Shown here in pieces: positions 1 to 9,414 of a stretch of DNA of 64,000 bases. The translations under genes and the position numbers were made by a program. This DNA comes from a bacterium. Lineage in GTDB: Bacteria; Moduliflexota; Moduliflexia; Moduliflexales; JAUQPW01. Positions within the stretch are counted from its first letter, which is position 1. Every line of letters begins with the position of its first letter. The DNA lies in contig JAUQPW010000004.1 in the NCBI GenBank assembly GCA_030550175.1, positions 21,211-85,210 of the forward strand, in the 5' to 3' direction. Under the pieces are notes generated by a model. It did not search any database. It was not told the origin of the DNA and worked only from the letters and a program-made list of their open reading frames with translations.

Positions 1-2
1 AT

Positions 3-1574
3 GTGGATGAACAGGAGCAATATGCAGCAATTGCCGCCTTGTTTAAAGTAGAAGAAAGAAAGAAAGACAAGCTATTTACAAAAATTTTTGATCTCACTTT
101 GAGTGTTGTAAGGGAAAATGCACCGCTTTTCACCGAAAACAATCCTACCCTCTCCAGAGCCATTACCACCTTTTTACAGGTTTTCCCAACCGATGTGACG
201 GCCCTCAGCAAAGATGAGATCTTCAAAGGGCTTTTAGATACCACCCTTAAAATCGCCGCCCATAATTCAAGTTTGTTTTTGGGCGATAATAAATTCGGCT
301 CGGTCATAAAGGCGGTTCTAAATCATGCTTCCAACAATATTACCGTAGCAACCAAGGGAAATTATCTGAAAGAGCTCCTCCAGGCAACCATCGATGGGGT
401 TTCTGAAGCCACCGGGCTGTGGATAAATAAAGTAGTTTTGCAAGATGTGATCACATCGGTTTTGGATGTCGTTTCGGTCAATCTCCGACAAGATGGTGTC
501 TTCCGAACCCAAACTCTGACGGATATTTTACAGATAACGCTGGATAGCATATCCCGTAATGCTTCATTGATGGTGGGGGAAGAAAACCTTGCCTCTATGG
601 TTCTGAGTTCGGTTCTTCAGGTTGCTAATCAAGATCTCAGCAAGCTATTGAATCCCAATAAAGCCCTGTTCTCGGATATTCTGAAAATTTCCCTTGAAAC
701 TATCGGAAAGAATTCAGCCGTATTCCTTCAAAATAAAGATGTTGTTTCCCAGGTTTTGAAGGGTGTTTTGCAAGCTGTGGAGGAGAATCCTGACGCGGCG
801 GTTAGTGGAGAGTTATTTAAACAGCTTTTTGTAACCTCTTTAACCGAGACCCTCCGAAATTTGCAGCTTATTCTCGGTCCTCGACCTATCCGAAAACCTG
901 GTAAAGGTGGTCGGCGACACGAGCCGGCTTCTTCTTCGGATTTCCAGCCTGATCTCCTGTCTCAGACGGTTAAATCGATCTTAAAGGCTCTTTCAGGTGC
1001 TGTTGCTCAATTTATAACCGAAGATCAAAAAACCCAGATAACCCAACTGGCCATGGGTATTGTCGCCAGAAATTCTGAAATTTTTGAACGCTATCCCCAT
1101 CTACTGGCCGATACTCTGTTGACGACTCTGGAGGCTATCTATCGGGGTTCAAACCGTTTAGTGGCCGGAGCTTTGTTAGAAGATACCGTCCGGTTAGCCT
1201 TGATTACCGCAGCCAGGAATCCGGGTTTGTATGATCAAGAGAAATTACTACTACCCGGAGTTCTCGATTCGCTATTTCAGGTAATCGCCGAAGATAAATC
1301 AACCTTGATTCGGGGAGATCTGTTGATGGATTTCGTACAAACCGCTTTAAAAATTGTTTCAACACGTCCGAAGGCCTTCCTTTCAGATAATAAATTGCTG
1401 TCCCGGACCTTAACTCTCACTCTACCGATTCTATCTGAGAAGTCAGAAGATCCTCTCACAGGAGAAAATATGGTACGGACTTTCACCCTGGTATTAGAGG
1501 CGGTTTCCAAAGAGCCGGATCTTATCCGAAAGAAGGATTTCAGGGCGTTTGTGATCGATTCTATGAAAGGATAA
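3..1574 (+). CDS. Hypothetical alpha-helical repeat protein (about 36-aa Leu/Val-rich helical repeats). The 5' end probably lies outside the window, since the ORF runs to base 3 with only a GTG start.
   Basis: ORF of 523 aa reaching the window edge. The protein is repetitive and predicted helical with no recognisable catalytic motifs. It sits 4 nt upstream of an ABC binding-protein gene. Confidence 0.45.
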   Translation: MDEQEQYAAIAALFKVEERKKDKLFTKIFDLTLSVVRENAPLFTENNPTLSRAITTFLQVFPTDVTALSKDEIFKGLLDTTLKIAAHNSSLFLGDNKFGSVIKAVLNHASNNITVATKGNYLKELLQATIDGVSEATGLWINKVVLQDVITSVLDVVSVNLRQDGVFRTQTLTDILQITLDSISRNASLMVGEENLASMVLSSVLQVANQDLSKLLNPNKALFSDILKISLETIGKNSAVFLQNKDVVSQVLKGVLQAVEENPDAAVSGELFKQLFVTSLTETLRNLQLILGPRPIRKPGKGGRRHEPASSSDFQPDLLSQTVKSILKALSGAVAQFITEDQKTQITQLAMGIVARNSEIFERYPHLLADTLLTTLEAIYRGSNRLVAGALLEDTVRLALITAARNPGLYDQEKLLLPGVLDSLFQVIAEDKSTLIRGDLLMDFVQTALKIVSTRPKAFLSDNKLLSRTLTLTLPILSEKSEDPLTGENMVRTFTLVLEAVSKEPDLIRKKDFRAFVIDSMKG

Positions 1575-1578
1575 GAAA

Positions 1579-2865
1579 ATGAATCGAAGGGAATTTCTGA
1601 AAGCCACTGCTGCCACTGCAGCAGGAATGGTATTGGAAGCCGGTCAATCTTCCCTTTCCTTTCCGGCTATCTTAAAAGGAACCCAGCTCCACCTACTTCA
1701 GTGGAGTAATTTTATTTCCCAGGCGGACGTAGAACTTCAAAGACAGGCTGCCGACTGGGGAAAGCAAATGGGGGTAAAGGTGACCATTGAAACGATCAAC
1801 GCCAACGATCTCCAGGCCCGAATTGCAGCAGCCGTCGAGAATGGAATCGGCCCGGATATTATCCAGATGCTCCGAAACTGGCCTCACTTATATGCCGGTG
1901 GATGTATCGATGTAGATGATCTGGCGGAAGAAGTCAAAGCAACGTATGGAGGTCTTTACAAGTCCTTCGAGGACTACTGCATCGTTTCCGGTCATTATAA
2001 AGCCGTACCTTATCATGCGGGTTCAGGCTTGCATGTTTATCGAGAGGATTGGTTCCAGGAAGTGGGTGTGGAGGAATTTCCAGATACCTGGGAGGAATAT
2101 CATCGAATTGGAAAAGAGCTCAAGAGGCGAGGGCACCCCTTTGGACAGTCATTGGGCCACACTTTTGGAGATGCCCCGGGCTTTTGCCTGGATCTTTTAT
2201 GGGCCTTTGGGGGTAAAGAGGTAGAAGCCGATGGGAAAACCGTCGCCATTAACAGCCCGGAGAGTTTGCAGGCGGTGGAATTTATGGTAGAACTCTGGCG
2301 GGATGCCATGGATGAAACGGGTCTTTCCTGGGACGATACCAGCAACAACCGGGCCTTTTTAGCCGAGCAGATTTCCTGTACCCTTAACGGGGCCAGCATT
2401 TATCTGGTTGCCAAAAAGGATTATCCGGAGCTGGCCAGGAAAATCAACCATGGAAGGACTTTAAGAGGTCCGGCCGGAAGGTTTACCGGGATTTTAACCT
2501 TTGAGCACGCCATCATGAAGTATTCTAAAAATCAAGAGGCTGCTCGAGAGTTTTTACAGTTTCTCATGGCAAAGGAAAATTACTATAAATGGCTGGATGT
2601 GGCCCAAGGGTACCTCATCGGACCGGGTCCTGATCAGGAAAACCACCCCCTCTGGCAGAAAGATCCTAAAATGATCGGGTTTCGAGATGTAGGGCGGTAC
2701 AGTCGCTCCCTCGGTTATGCCGGACCACCTTCTCGTGCCGCTTCAGAGGCCATCTCAAAGTATATCATCGTAGATATCTTTGCAAAGGCCGTTCAGGGTG
2801 AACCGCCTAAAAAGGTTTTAGAATGGGCCGAAGCGGAACTACGGGAGATTTATGGGAGATCCTAA
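1579..2865 (+). CDS. ABC transporter periplasmic substrate-binding protein, extracellular solute-binding family 1 (sugar/oligosaccharide type), with a Tat-type signal peptide
   Basis: N-terminus MNRREFLKATAATAAGMVLEAG is a twin-arginine signal. The length of 428 aa and overall composition are typical of family-1 sugar-binding proteins. Confidence 0.8.
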   Translation: MNRREFLKATAATAAGMVLEAGQSSLSFPAILKGTQLHLLQWSNFISQADVELQRQAADWGKQMGVKVTIETINANDLQARIAAAVENGIGPDIIQMLRNWPHLYAGGCIDVDDLAEEVKATYGGLYKSFEDYCIVSGHYKAVPYHAGSGLHVYREDWFQEVGVEEFPDTWEEYHRIGKELKRRGHPFGQSLGHTFGDAPGFCLDLLWAFGGKEVEADGKTVAINSPESLQAVEFMVELWRDAMDETGLSWDDTSNNRAFLAEQISCTLNGASIYLVAKKDYPELARKINHGRTLRGPAGRFTGILTFEHAIMKYSKNQEAAREFLQFLMAKENYYKWLDVAQGYLIGPGPDQENHPLWQKDPKMIGFRDVGRYSRSLGYAGPPSRAASEAISKYIIVDIFAKAVQGEPPKKVLEWAEAELREIYGRS

Positions 2866-2920
2866 AATCTCTTTTCTGAGAGTCATGAGAACCGGATAAA
2901 AAATCCATCAGAGTTTCTAT

Positions 2921-3098
2921 TACTTTGTAAAGTTAAATTTGAGTAATCATTTTGCCCTCACCCTCGGCCCCTCTCCCGAAGCTTCGGGAGAGGGTTACCG
3001 GGAAGCTGACCTGGAGATCCACCGGCTCCCCTCTCCCGCAGCGTGGGAGAGGGGCCGAGGGTGAGGGCCACTTAAAAGTCAAGCAAAACTAAGTAAAC
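2921..3098. mobile_element. MITE/REP-like composite element, copy 1. Two arms, each holding the core palindrome GCCCTCACCCTCGGCCCCTCTCCC / GGGAGAGGGGCCGAGGGTGAGGGC around AAGCTT or CAGCGTG.
   Basis: Inverted repeats read directly. The same family recurs at 8387, 27544, 46828 and 58038. Confidence 0.7.
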
Positions 3099-3213
3099 CA
3101 TATACAATTTTGTTTCCTGGGACGATTCTGTTTCCTGCTTTCCCGGCATTCTGTGCGGATTAATTTTTTTACCGCAAAGTTTGCAGAGAAGGTATAAAGG
3201 ACGCAAAGGCTTT

Positions 3214-3996
3214 ATGATAGCTTCCCGGCGGCATAATAAATTCTGGCTGGTCTATGTAGGTGTGATCATTCTCATTGCAGGATGTACCCCCAGAGAATTA
3301 ACGCGGGCCAGGGAGTTATTTAACCTGGCATCTGTATATCGTATAAATGGAGAGGACCCTCAGGCTGATCAGGCTTATAGAGAAGCCATCCTCTCTTTTC
3401 AAAAAATCATCGAGGAAGAAACCAGGGATCCAAAACATCCGGGAAATTTGCAGGTCCTGGCCCAGGCTTATGCTTTGCAAGCTTTTGCTTATATTGAGCT
3501 GGGGGAGTTCAAAGTGGCCGAAGAAACCATCCAACAGGGAAGCAGTATCCTGTTAAACGCAAATCCCCGGGAGCGGGAACTCTTCTATATCCTCAGTGGA
3601 ATCTTACAGACGGCCCAGGCTGCCAAGTTGAATGAAAAGGAAAAAGGCCGATTCCAGCAAAATGTAGTCGATCTTTACAAAGAAGCCGCCGCAACTTTTA
3701 AAGCCTTACTGGATATGCCGGGAGTTGAGCGGGATAGTGACATTGTGGCGTATGCACGGGAAGCGGAAGCCATCAGTTATGGAAATATTGCCGCCGAGTA
3801 CGAAGCCGATTTTGGGGTTAATAAAAATGTGAACTCGTTAAATAAAGCCATTGAATATTTACAGAAAGCGAAAGAAACCTGTGAACAACTTCTGGCTACG
3901 GCTTCGAATAAAAATAGACCTTATACCCAATATTTACTCCATCAGTATACCCGGGAGCTGGGACTAGCCAAGAGACGGAAGGAAAACATTTCCTAA
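3214..3996 (+). CDS. Lipoprotein with TPR-like helical region, function unknown
   Basis: Internal Met start MIASRRHNKFWLVYVGVIILIAGC gives a signal peptide with an LIAGC lipobox. The ORF track begins at 3181, but 3214 gives the canonical n-h-lipobox arrangement. Confidence 0.5.
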   Translation: MIASRRHNKFWLVYVGVIILIAGCTPRELTRARELFNLASVYRINGEDPQADQAYREAILSFQKIIEEETRDPKHPGNLQVLAQAYALQAFAYIELGEFKVAEETIQQGSSILLNANPRERELFYILSGILQTAQAAKLNEKEKGRFQQNVVDLYKEAAATFKALLDMPGVERDSDIVAYAREAEAISYGNIAAEYEADFGVNKNVNSLNKAIEYLQKAKETCEQLLATASNKNRPYTQYLLHQYTRELGLAKRRKENIS

Positions 3997-5948
3997 CTTC
4001 GCCTGTAGAGTTTTCGCTTATCCCGAATTTCTAAAAGTTTAGGTAACGCTTGCTCGGCGGCCCTTCGACCGGCGTCGATAATTTCAGGTGCTCTTTTAAA
4101 GTCCTTCCAACTGAATCCGGTAACCTCGGGTGTGATGGTAAGATCTGCCAGAGTGGCTTTGGAAAGGCCTATCTCATGTTGCAATTTTTGGAATGATCTC
4201 ATGATAATATCCACCATCTTCCAATCTTCGGTTAGAGCCTCTTCCCGAATATTTTTTTCCATATCCCCGGAACCGGTGGAGAAGTACCGTCTGAGAGGGG
4301 ATAATGCATTAACCCCTACGGTAATATCGGCGCGCATTTCGATAAGGTGACTGACCGGAATGGGATTTATGTTAGAGCCATCTACAAAAGTTTTTCCTCC
4401 TATCTTTACAGGTGGAAACAGACCCGGTATGGCCATGGAAGCCTGAAGGGCATCCCATAAAGAACCCTTTTCAAAGGCAACGTCTTTTCCGGTTTCTAAC
4501 TCCAGGGTGATAATACGAAGGGGGATTTTTAACTGACCGAACGTCTTCAAGGGTCCCAGAAAGCTGGAAATGAGTTTGAGAACTTTTTTATTTGATAGGA
4601 ACCCTCCTTGAAAAATCCTGAAGTCCTTCAACGTACCCAGCTCATATTCATAGGGTAATCGGGAGGCGATCTCGATGAGATTTTTACTTCTGGCTCCCGA
4701 AGCATAAGCCGCTCCAATAATCGCTCCGGTGTTGGTGGCTGCTATCAGGTCTATGGGTATCTTATTCTGTTCCAGGACATCGAGAACCCCTATATGGGCC
4801 AATCCCCTCGCCGCAACCCCTCCCAGGGCGATACCCAACTTTAACCCGGTAATGTACCTAGCCAACCGATGAATAGCCTCACCGGTGGGATTATCTGAAG
4901 CTTTTTCAACGATCAACTCCCCGGCTTTATAAAACGGCTCCAGTAATTCAGGCTGCCAATCTATTATCAAAGGCGGTGTCCCTGTCAAGAAATCCTCCGT
5001 TGCATCGGGGTGTTGAGGGGTCTGGTAATATACGGTTATGACCTCCTGCTGATCGAACATATGGACCGGAGGTTCTTCCCCAAAGGGGATTAAAAGTACA
5101 ATTTTATCCGATAGATCTAAAGCCTCAAAGGTACCTTTTGTAATTTCCGGACCCGTATTTATTAAAGTATAGGTAAACTTCTCCTTGAGAAGAGATAAAA
5201 TCCGGGCTATTTTCTCTCGACCGATTTTCCCTTCTCTGAGAAATTCAGGGGATAAAGCTAATAGCTGTAAACCCGAGGGATGGGAAGTCAGCATCTTTTC
5301 TACGAGTTCCTGACCGATCTCTTCGTCCTTAATTTCTTTGTCCGGATCCAGCCTCAAAATCCTGACCAGGTTAGGATTCTTAAGGGAAAGATCCAAGACG
5401 GCGACCGAGGTTTCGGTTTGTTTCAAAATGCTGGCAGCCAGGTTACTCGTTAAGAAAGCGCCTTCTATTTCTTTTCGAGGGTGGTAAATGGCTATAATAG
5501 TGTGGGTTTTGGGGTTACGCTGGACGAGCCCTTTGGTCTTTAAGGAGATCCTTTGACTCAGGGTTCTAATGACATTGTGTAAGATCTTAGGTTCTCGATG
5601 ATAGATCTCTTCAAAAACTGCCTTAGGGATGATCAGGATCTCTGCATCGATGACCACCTCGGCGGTGACGGATCTGATTTCATGGGTAATAACCGAAGTC
5701 TCACCAAAAAAATCTCCGGCGTGCAGGTACATGAGTACCTCCGGTCGGCCTTGTTCATTTCGTTCGATGATTTTGACCTGTCCTGAGAGAATAAGATACA
5801 GAGCCTGACTGGGGTCTCCTTCTTTAAAGATGACAGCCCCTCGGGAGTAATATTTTTTCTCCAATTGAGGGAGAACTCTCCGGAGTTTTGATCCCTCCAC
5901 CCCTGTAAATAAGGCGCTCTTTCTCAGTTCTTGAAGGTTAAGCATCAT
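3993..5948 (-). CDS. Cyclic nucleotide-binding domain / patatin-like phospholipase family protein with a non-canonical nucleophile (A-T-N-T-G instead of G-x-S-x-G)
   Basis: N-terminal cNMP-binding fold (GDFFGE..., LILSGQVKI). The patatin oxyanion motif GGVAARG and the DGS(A/G) Asp motif (FVDGSNINPIPV) are present. The nucleophile elbow reads DLIAATNTGAIIG where related patatins read DLIAGTSxGA. Confidence 0.75.
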   Translation of the reverse strand: MMLNLQELRKSALFTGVEGSKLRRVLPQLEKKYYSRGAVIFKEGDPSQALYLILSGQVKIIERNEQGRPEVLMYLHAGDFFGETSVITHEIRSVTAEVVIDAEILIIPKAVFEEIYHREPKILHNVIRTLSQRISLKTKGLVQRNPKTHTIIAIYHPRKEIEGAFLTSNLAASILKQTETSVAVLDLSLKNPNLVRILRLDPDKEIKDEEIGQELVEKMLTSHPSGLQLLALSPEFLREGKIGREKIARILSLLKEKFTYTLINTGPEITKGTFEALDLSDKIVLLIPFGEEPPVHMFDQQEVITVYYQTPQHPDATEDFLTGTPPLIIDWQPELLEPFYKAGELIVEKASDNPTGEAIHRLARYITGLKLGIALGGVAARGLAHIGVLDVLEQNKIPIDLIAATNTGAIIGAAYASGARSKNLIEIASRLPYEYELGTLKDFRIFQGGFLSNKKVLKLISSFLGPLKTFGQLKIPLRIITLELETGKDVAFEKGSLWDALQASMAIPGLFPPVKIGGKTFVDGSNINPIPVSHLIEMRADITVGVNALSPLRRYFSTGSGDMEKNIREEALTEDWKMVDIIMRSFQKLQHEIGLSKATLADLTITPEVTGFSWKDFKRAPEIIDAGRRAAEQALPKLLEIRDKRKLYRRS

Positions 5949-5981
5949 TCCCCCTGTTCTCCTGGATAATGAAAAAACAGG

Positions 5982-6743
5982 TTAACGAATTCCACATTTC
6001 AATACGACCCAGCGGGCCGATTCCCCCTTTGGCATTTTTTCAGGGTCCGCACGCCCGAAGGAAAAAACTCCTTCTTCCCAATCTACAAGGGCTTGAAGGG
6101 CTTCAGTTCCTTCCAGCCTCCGTTTAGGAGAACTCGTCGTATCCACCAGAATCGCTTTGGTAACATCCCCGTACCGCAGGTGAAGGGTACCTGTTTGCTT
6201 CGTTCTGGGATTGGTCAAAGTCGCATATCCAGAGGCCCTTACCAGACTCAACATATGAAGGAGGGAAGGAAGATGTTCTTTGGCCAGATTGGCTACCAGG
6301 GAGGTGTGTTTACTCAAACTTCCTCCACCGAATCGAGAGAGTTGGTCTAGAGAGCTACGAAGTTCTCTGAGAAAATCCGAAAAAGCAGAGATATGGGTAG
6401 GTTTTACAAGATAGGTTATTTGCCCTTTGAGGGTATCTTTATCATCCTGGGTTAAACGGCCCTCTTCTAAAATAAACAGGACGGGGGTCTCCGGCTGGGT
6501 TCCTTTCAAGAGAGTCCTTACTTTATTTTGAAATTCTAAAGGGGAAATATCTCCCAAAATGTTACCATCTACCATTACGAGCTCTGGAGGTGATCCTTTT
6601 TCTTCCCGAGCTTGATGAACCAGAAGATGTAGAGCTGCCTCCGGCGAATCTATCCGGGTTACCGTATGATCGGCAAGCTCCAAAACAGGAATCAAATAAC
6701 CGTTTGTAGTAGGGTCTGAACTTATTAACAAAATTTTAGCCAT
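5982..6743 (-). CDS. Response-regulator receiver domain protein with C-terminal DUF4388-like domain
   Basis: N-terminal CheY-like receiver (MAKILLISSD...VMVDGN...KP). The C-terminal GTLHLRYGDVTKAILVD...EALQALVDWEEGVFSF matches the DUF4388 pattern. It is divergent from a hybrid histidine kinase. Confidence 0.55.
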   Translation of the reverse strand: MAKILLISSDPTTNGYLIPVLELADHTVTRIDSPEAALHLLVHQAREEKGSPPELVMVDGNILGDISPLEFQNKVRTLLKGTQPETPVLFILEEGRLTQDDKDTLKGQITYLVKPTHISAFSDFLRELRSSLDQLSRFGGGSLSKHTSLVANLAKEHLPSLLHMLSLVRASGYATLTNPRTKQTGTLHLRYGDVTKAILVDTTSSPKRRLEGTEALQALVDWEEGVFSFGRADPEKMPKGESARWVVLKCGIR

Positions 6744-6994
6744 ATTCTAAAAGATAAAGTCTGATATCATGGATCCTAACCTCTGGATTAAGAGAAAGAT
6801 AAAATAAATAGAAAAATCGAAAAAAACATATCATGAGGTTTTATAACTTGTCAAATAAAAAGGCACATAAAAATTTCGTTGACAAGTCCGAGAAGAAATC
6901 CTATGCTTGGAGGCATACTTCTAAATCATGGTCATTTTAAACCTCTCCGGTTACAGAGATTTTGAAATAAGGCAGCAAAAGCTTTTCGCATCTG

Positions 6995-8209
6995 ATGCAG
7001 GAGATAAAATCCATGAGAAACTCAAAAAAGAGTATCCTCATCGTCGAGGATGAAAAGTTGGTGCGATTGGTTTTGGAAAAAAAGCTGGAACAAGAAGGAT
7101 ACCATATCGTGACGGCTGCAAACGGGCAGGAGGCCATAGAGAAAATTCGACAAACGGAATTCGATCTGGTTTTAACAGACTTAAAACTCCAGGATATAAC
7201 AGGGTTGGAAGTTTTAGAAGAGGTTAAGAAAGTTTTCCCGGATACTATCGTGGTGGTCCTGACAGGATACGGGTCTATGAGCAGCGCCATTGAGGCTATG
7301 AGCAAGGGAGCTTACTATTATCTCAACAAACCCTGTTCCGATGAGGAGTTAAAGATTACCATTCGGAGGGGCCTGGAAAAAAGAGAAGCCGCCCAAGAGT
7401 TGAAGCAGAAGAATCTGGAAATACTGGAGACCAATAAAAAATTGGAGGAGACCTTAAACCAGCTCAGAGTCACGCAAAACCAGTTAGTTCAGGCCGAAAA
7501 GATGGCTTCTTTAGGTCAGCTTTTATCGGGAATCGCCCATGAGATCAATAATCCTCTGGCCGGAGTAATGGGTTATGCGCAGTTGCTCCTTAAAGATCCC
7601 GATCTGGAGGAAAAAGTCCGACAGGGTCTGGAAAAAATTAATAAAGAGGCGAATCGTATCAATAAAATTATCCAAAACCTTCTTCTCTTTACGCGGGGAT
7701 CTAAACCCATCAAACGGTCCCTTCAGATAAATGAGGTTCTTGAAAGTGTTTTGGAGTTACGAGCCGCCAGCTTGGCCCAAAACCACATCCAGGTTACAAA
7801 GAACTTAGCGCCTGGATTGCCTGAAATCCAGGGTGATTTTTATCAACTTCAACAGGCTTTTTTAAACATTGTAGATAATGCCGAAGAAGCCCTGCTGAAG
7901 TCCCAAAGACAAAAAAACTTATATATCAGCTCGGAATTAATTTCTAAACTTCCTCCAGATGAAATCCTTCTCCATCTTCCGCTCCCCTTTATTCGAGTCA
8001 CCTTATCCGATAATGGAGCCGGGATTCCGGAAACTCATTTAAAAAAGATTTTTGATCCTTTCTTCACCTCCAAAGAGGTAGGTAAGGGGATGGGACTTGG
8101 TTTAAGTGTCAGTTACGGAATTATTCAGGTCCACGGAGGTAAGGTAGATTTAATCAGCCAGGTGGATCAGGGAACTTCTTTTTTCGTCGAGATACCCCTC
8201 TCCCAATGA
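6995..8209 (+). CDS. Hybrid sensor histidine kinase (REC-HisKA-HATPase_c)
   Basis: Receiver domain (ILIVEDE...DLVLTDLKLQDITG...KP), H-box LSGIAHEINNPLAG, and ATPase G-boxes DNGAGIP / GKGMGLGLSVSYGII. Confidence 0.8.
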   Translation: MQEIKSMRNSKKSILIVEDEKLVRLVLEKKLEQEGYHIVTAANGQEAIEKIRQTEFDLVLTDLKLQDITGLEVLEEVKKVFPDTIVVVLTGYGSMSSAIEAMSKGAYYYLNKPCSDEELKITIRRGLEKREAAQELKQKNLEILETNKKLEETLNQLRVTQNQLVQAEKMASLGQLLSGIAHEINNPLAGVMGYAQLLLKDPDLEEKVRQGLEKINKEANRINKIIQNLLLFTRGSKPIKRSLQINEVLESVLELRAASLAQNHIQVTKNLAPGLPEIQGDFYQLQQAFLNIVDNAEEALLKSQRQKNLYISSELISKLPPDEILLHLPLPFIRVTLSDNGAGIPETHLKKIFDPFFTSKEVGKGMGLGLSVSYGIIQVHGGKVDLISQVDQGTSFFVEIPLSQ

Positions 8210-8386
8210 ATTCGAGTAAAAACCTGTCCTGGCCTGTGGGATACTACCCAGCATGAAAATCCTGATCGATTAAATCGCCGGCGTATTCTTTTCAGTTCAG
8301 TCATACCGTTCCCCATCGACTACCTTGATCAAAAAATGTGGGTAATGGTTAGCTTTGCAAGTTGCATCCCACTACGGAGACAGGGC

Positions 8387-8486
8387 ATTGTAAAGCTCAT
8401 TCGGTATAACTCCATCCCTCTCCCGAAGCTTGGGGAGAGGGGCCGGGGGTGAAGGCAAAGAGTTACACAGGATTAACTTTACAAAG
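8387..8486. mobile_element. MITE/REP-like element, copy 2 (about 100 bp). TTGTAAAG-type terminal inverted repeats flank the CCCTCTCCCGAAGCTTGGGGAGAGGG core.
   Basis: Core and flanks are the reverse complement of the left arm of copy 1. Confidence 0.65.
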
Positions 8487-8572
8487 CCATAATATAATCG
8501 GAAGCCGAGAGTTGGAAGTCAGAAGGAAAAACCCTTGAATTCTGATCTCTGACCCCCTGGCCTCTATCCATC

Positions 8573-9232
8573 ATGGACTTCAAGCAAAGTAAAGAAATTC
8601 TATCTAAACTCGATACGGCCTGCCTTTCCGATGCAAACAAGAATCTGAGGGTTCTGGACTCCGGAATACGTCCTATCCAATCGGGTTTAAAACTTATAGG
8701 TATTGCCCATACGGTTTCCTGCTACAATGATTTTTTGACGGTCATCAAGGCCCTTAAAGATGCGCAACCCGGAGAAGTTCTGGTGATCGATGGTCAAGGG
8801 GGCTCACGGGCCTTGGTCGGTGAGTTGTTTACCATGGAAGCCCTACGAAAAGGATTAGCTGGGATCATTATTGATGGGGCTTGTCGAGATACCTGGAGAA
8901 TTCGAACCTTACAGCTCCCGGTATATGCAAGATCTATCTCTCCCTTATCCGGTACCACCTCCCGAGTTTTTGATACCCAGATTCCTATAACCTGTGGAGG
9001 AGTTACGGTGAACCCCGGGGATATTGTTTTCGGAGATGAGGATGGGATTCTTGTCGCGAGCCTCGAGGAATTATCCGAAGCCCTGCCCATCGCTCAAGAA
9101 ATCCAGAGTAAAGAAGAGGTGATCTATAAACGGATGGATAAGGGCGAAAGCCTTCTGGATATGCTAAATTTTGATGAACATTATACAAAGGTGTGTGGCG
9201 GACAGAAAACTTCTTTGAAATTTATCCTTTAA
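8573..9232 (+). CDS. RraA family protein (RNase E inhibitor RraA / 4-hydroxy-4-methyl-2-oxoglutarate aldolase-like)
   Basis: Length of 219 aa and motifs ...VLVIDGQGGSRALVGELF...GIIIDGACRDT...GDIVFGDEDGILV are typical of the RraA/MenG-like fold. Confidence 0.7.
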   Translation: MDFKQSKEILSKLDTACLSDANKNLRVLDSGIRPIQSGLKLIGIAHTVSCYNDFLTVIKALKDAQPGEVLVIDGQGGSRALVGELFTMEALRKGLAGIIIDGACRDTWRIRTLQLPVYARSISPLSGTTSRVFDTQIPITCGGVTVNPGDIVFGDEDGILVASLEELSEALPIAQEIQSKEEVIYKRMDKGESLLDMLNFDEHYTKVCGGQKTSLKFIL

Positions 9233-9414
9233 CCTGAGCAGGAAATAGGGTAAGAATACTATCCCTGGCGGGGACAGCGCCTGACGAAACCGGTTTAGTA
9301 GGTTTTTACTTCCTCCCCCTGGAGGGATATAGGGGCTTTTGCAGCCGGTCAGTAGCCTGGGGAGGGTTTTGGGAATACCGGGGTCGAATCTTTATTTAAC
9401 CGCTCCTGGGGAGC

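Noticed and set aside
1916-2224. Short ORFs nested in or antisense to long confident genes (for example 318..512, 1916..2224, 15925..16302, 37403..37726)
   Set aside because: They lie entirely within well-supported CDSs, lack ribosome-binding sites and have composition typical of off-frame translation.
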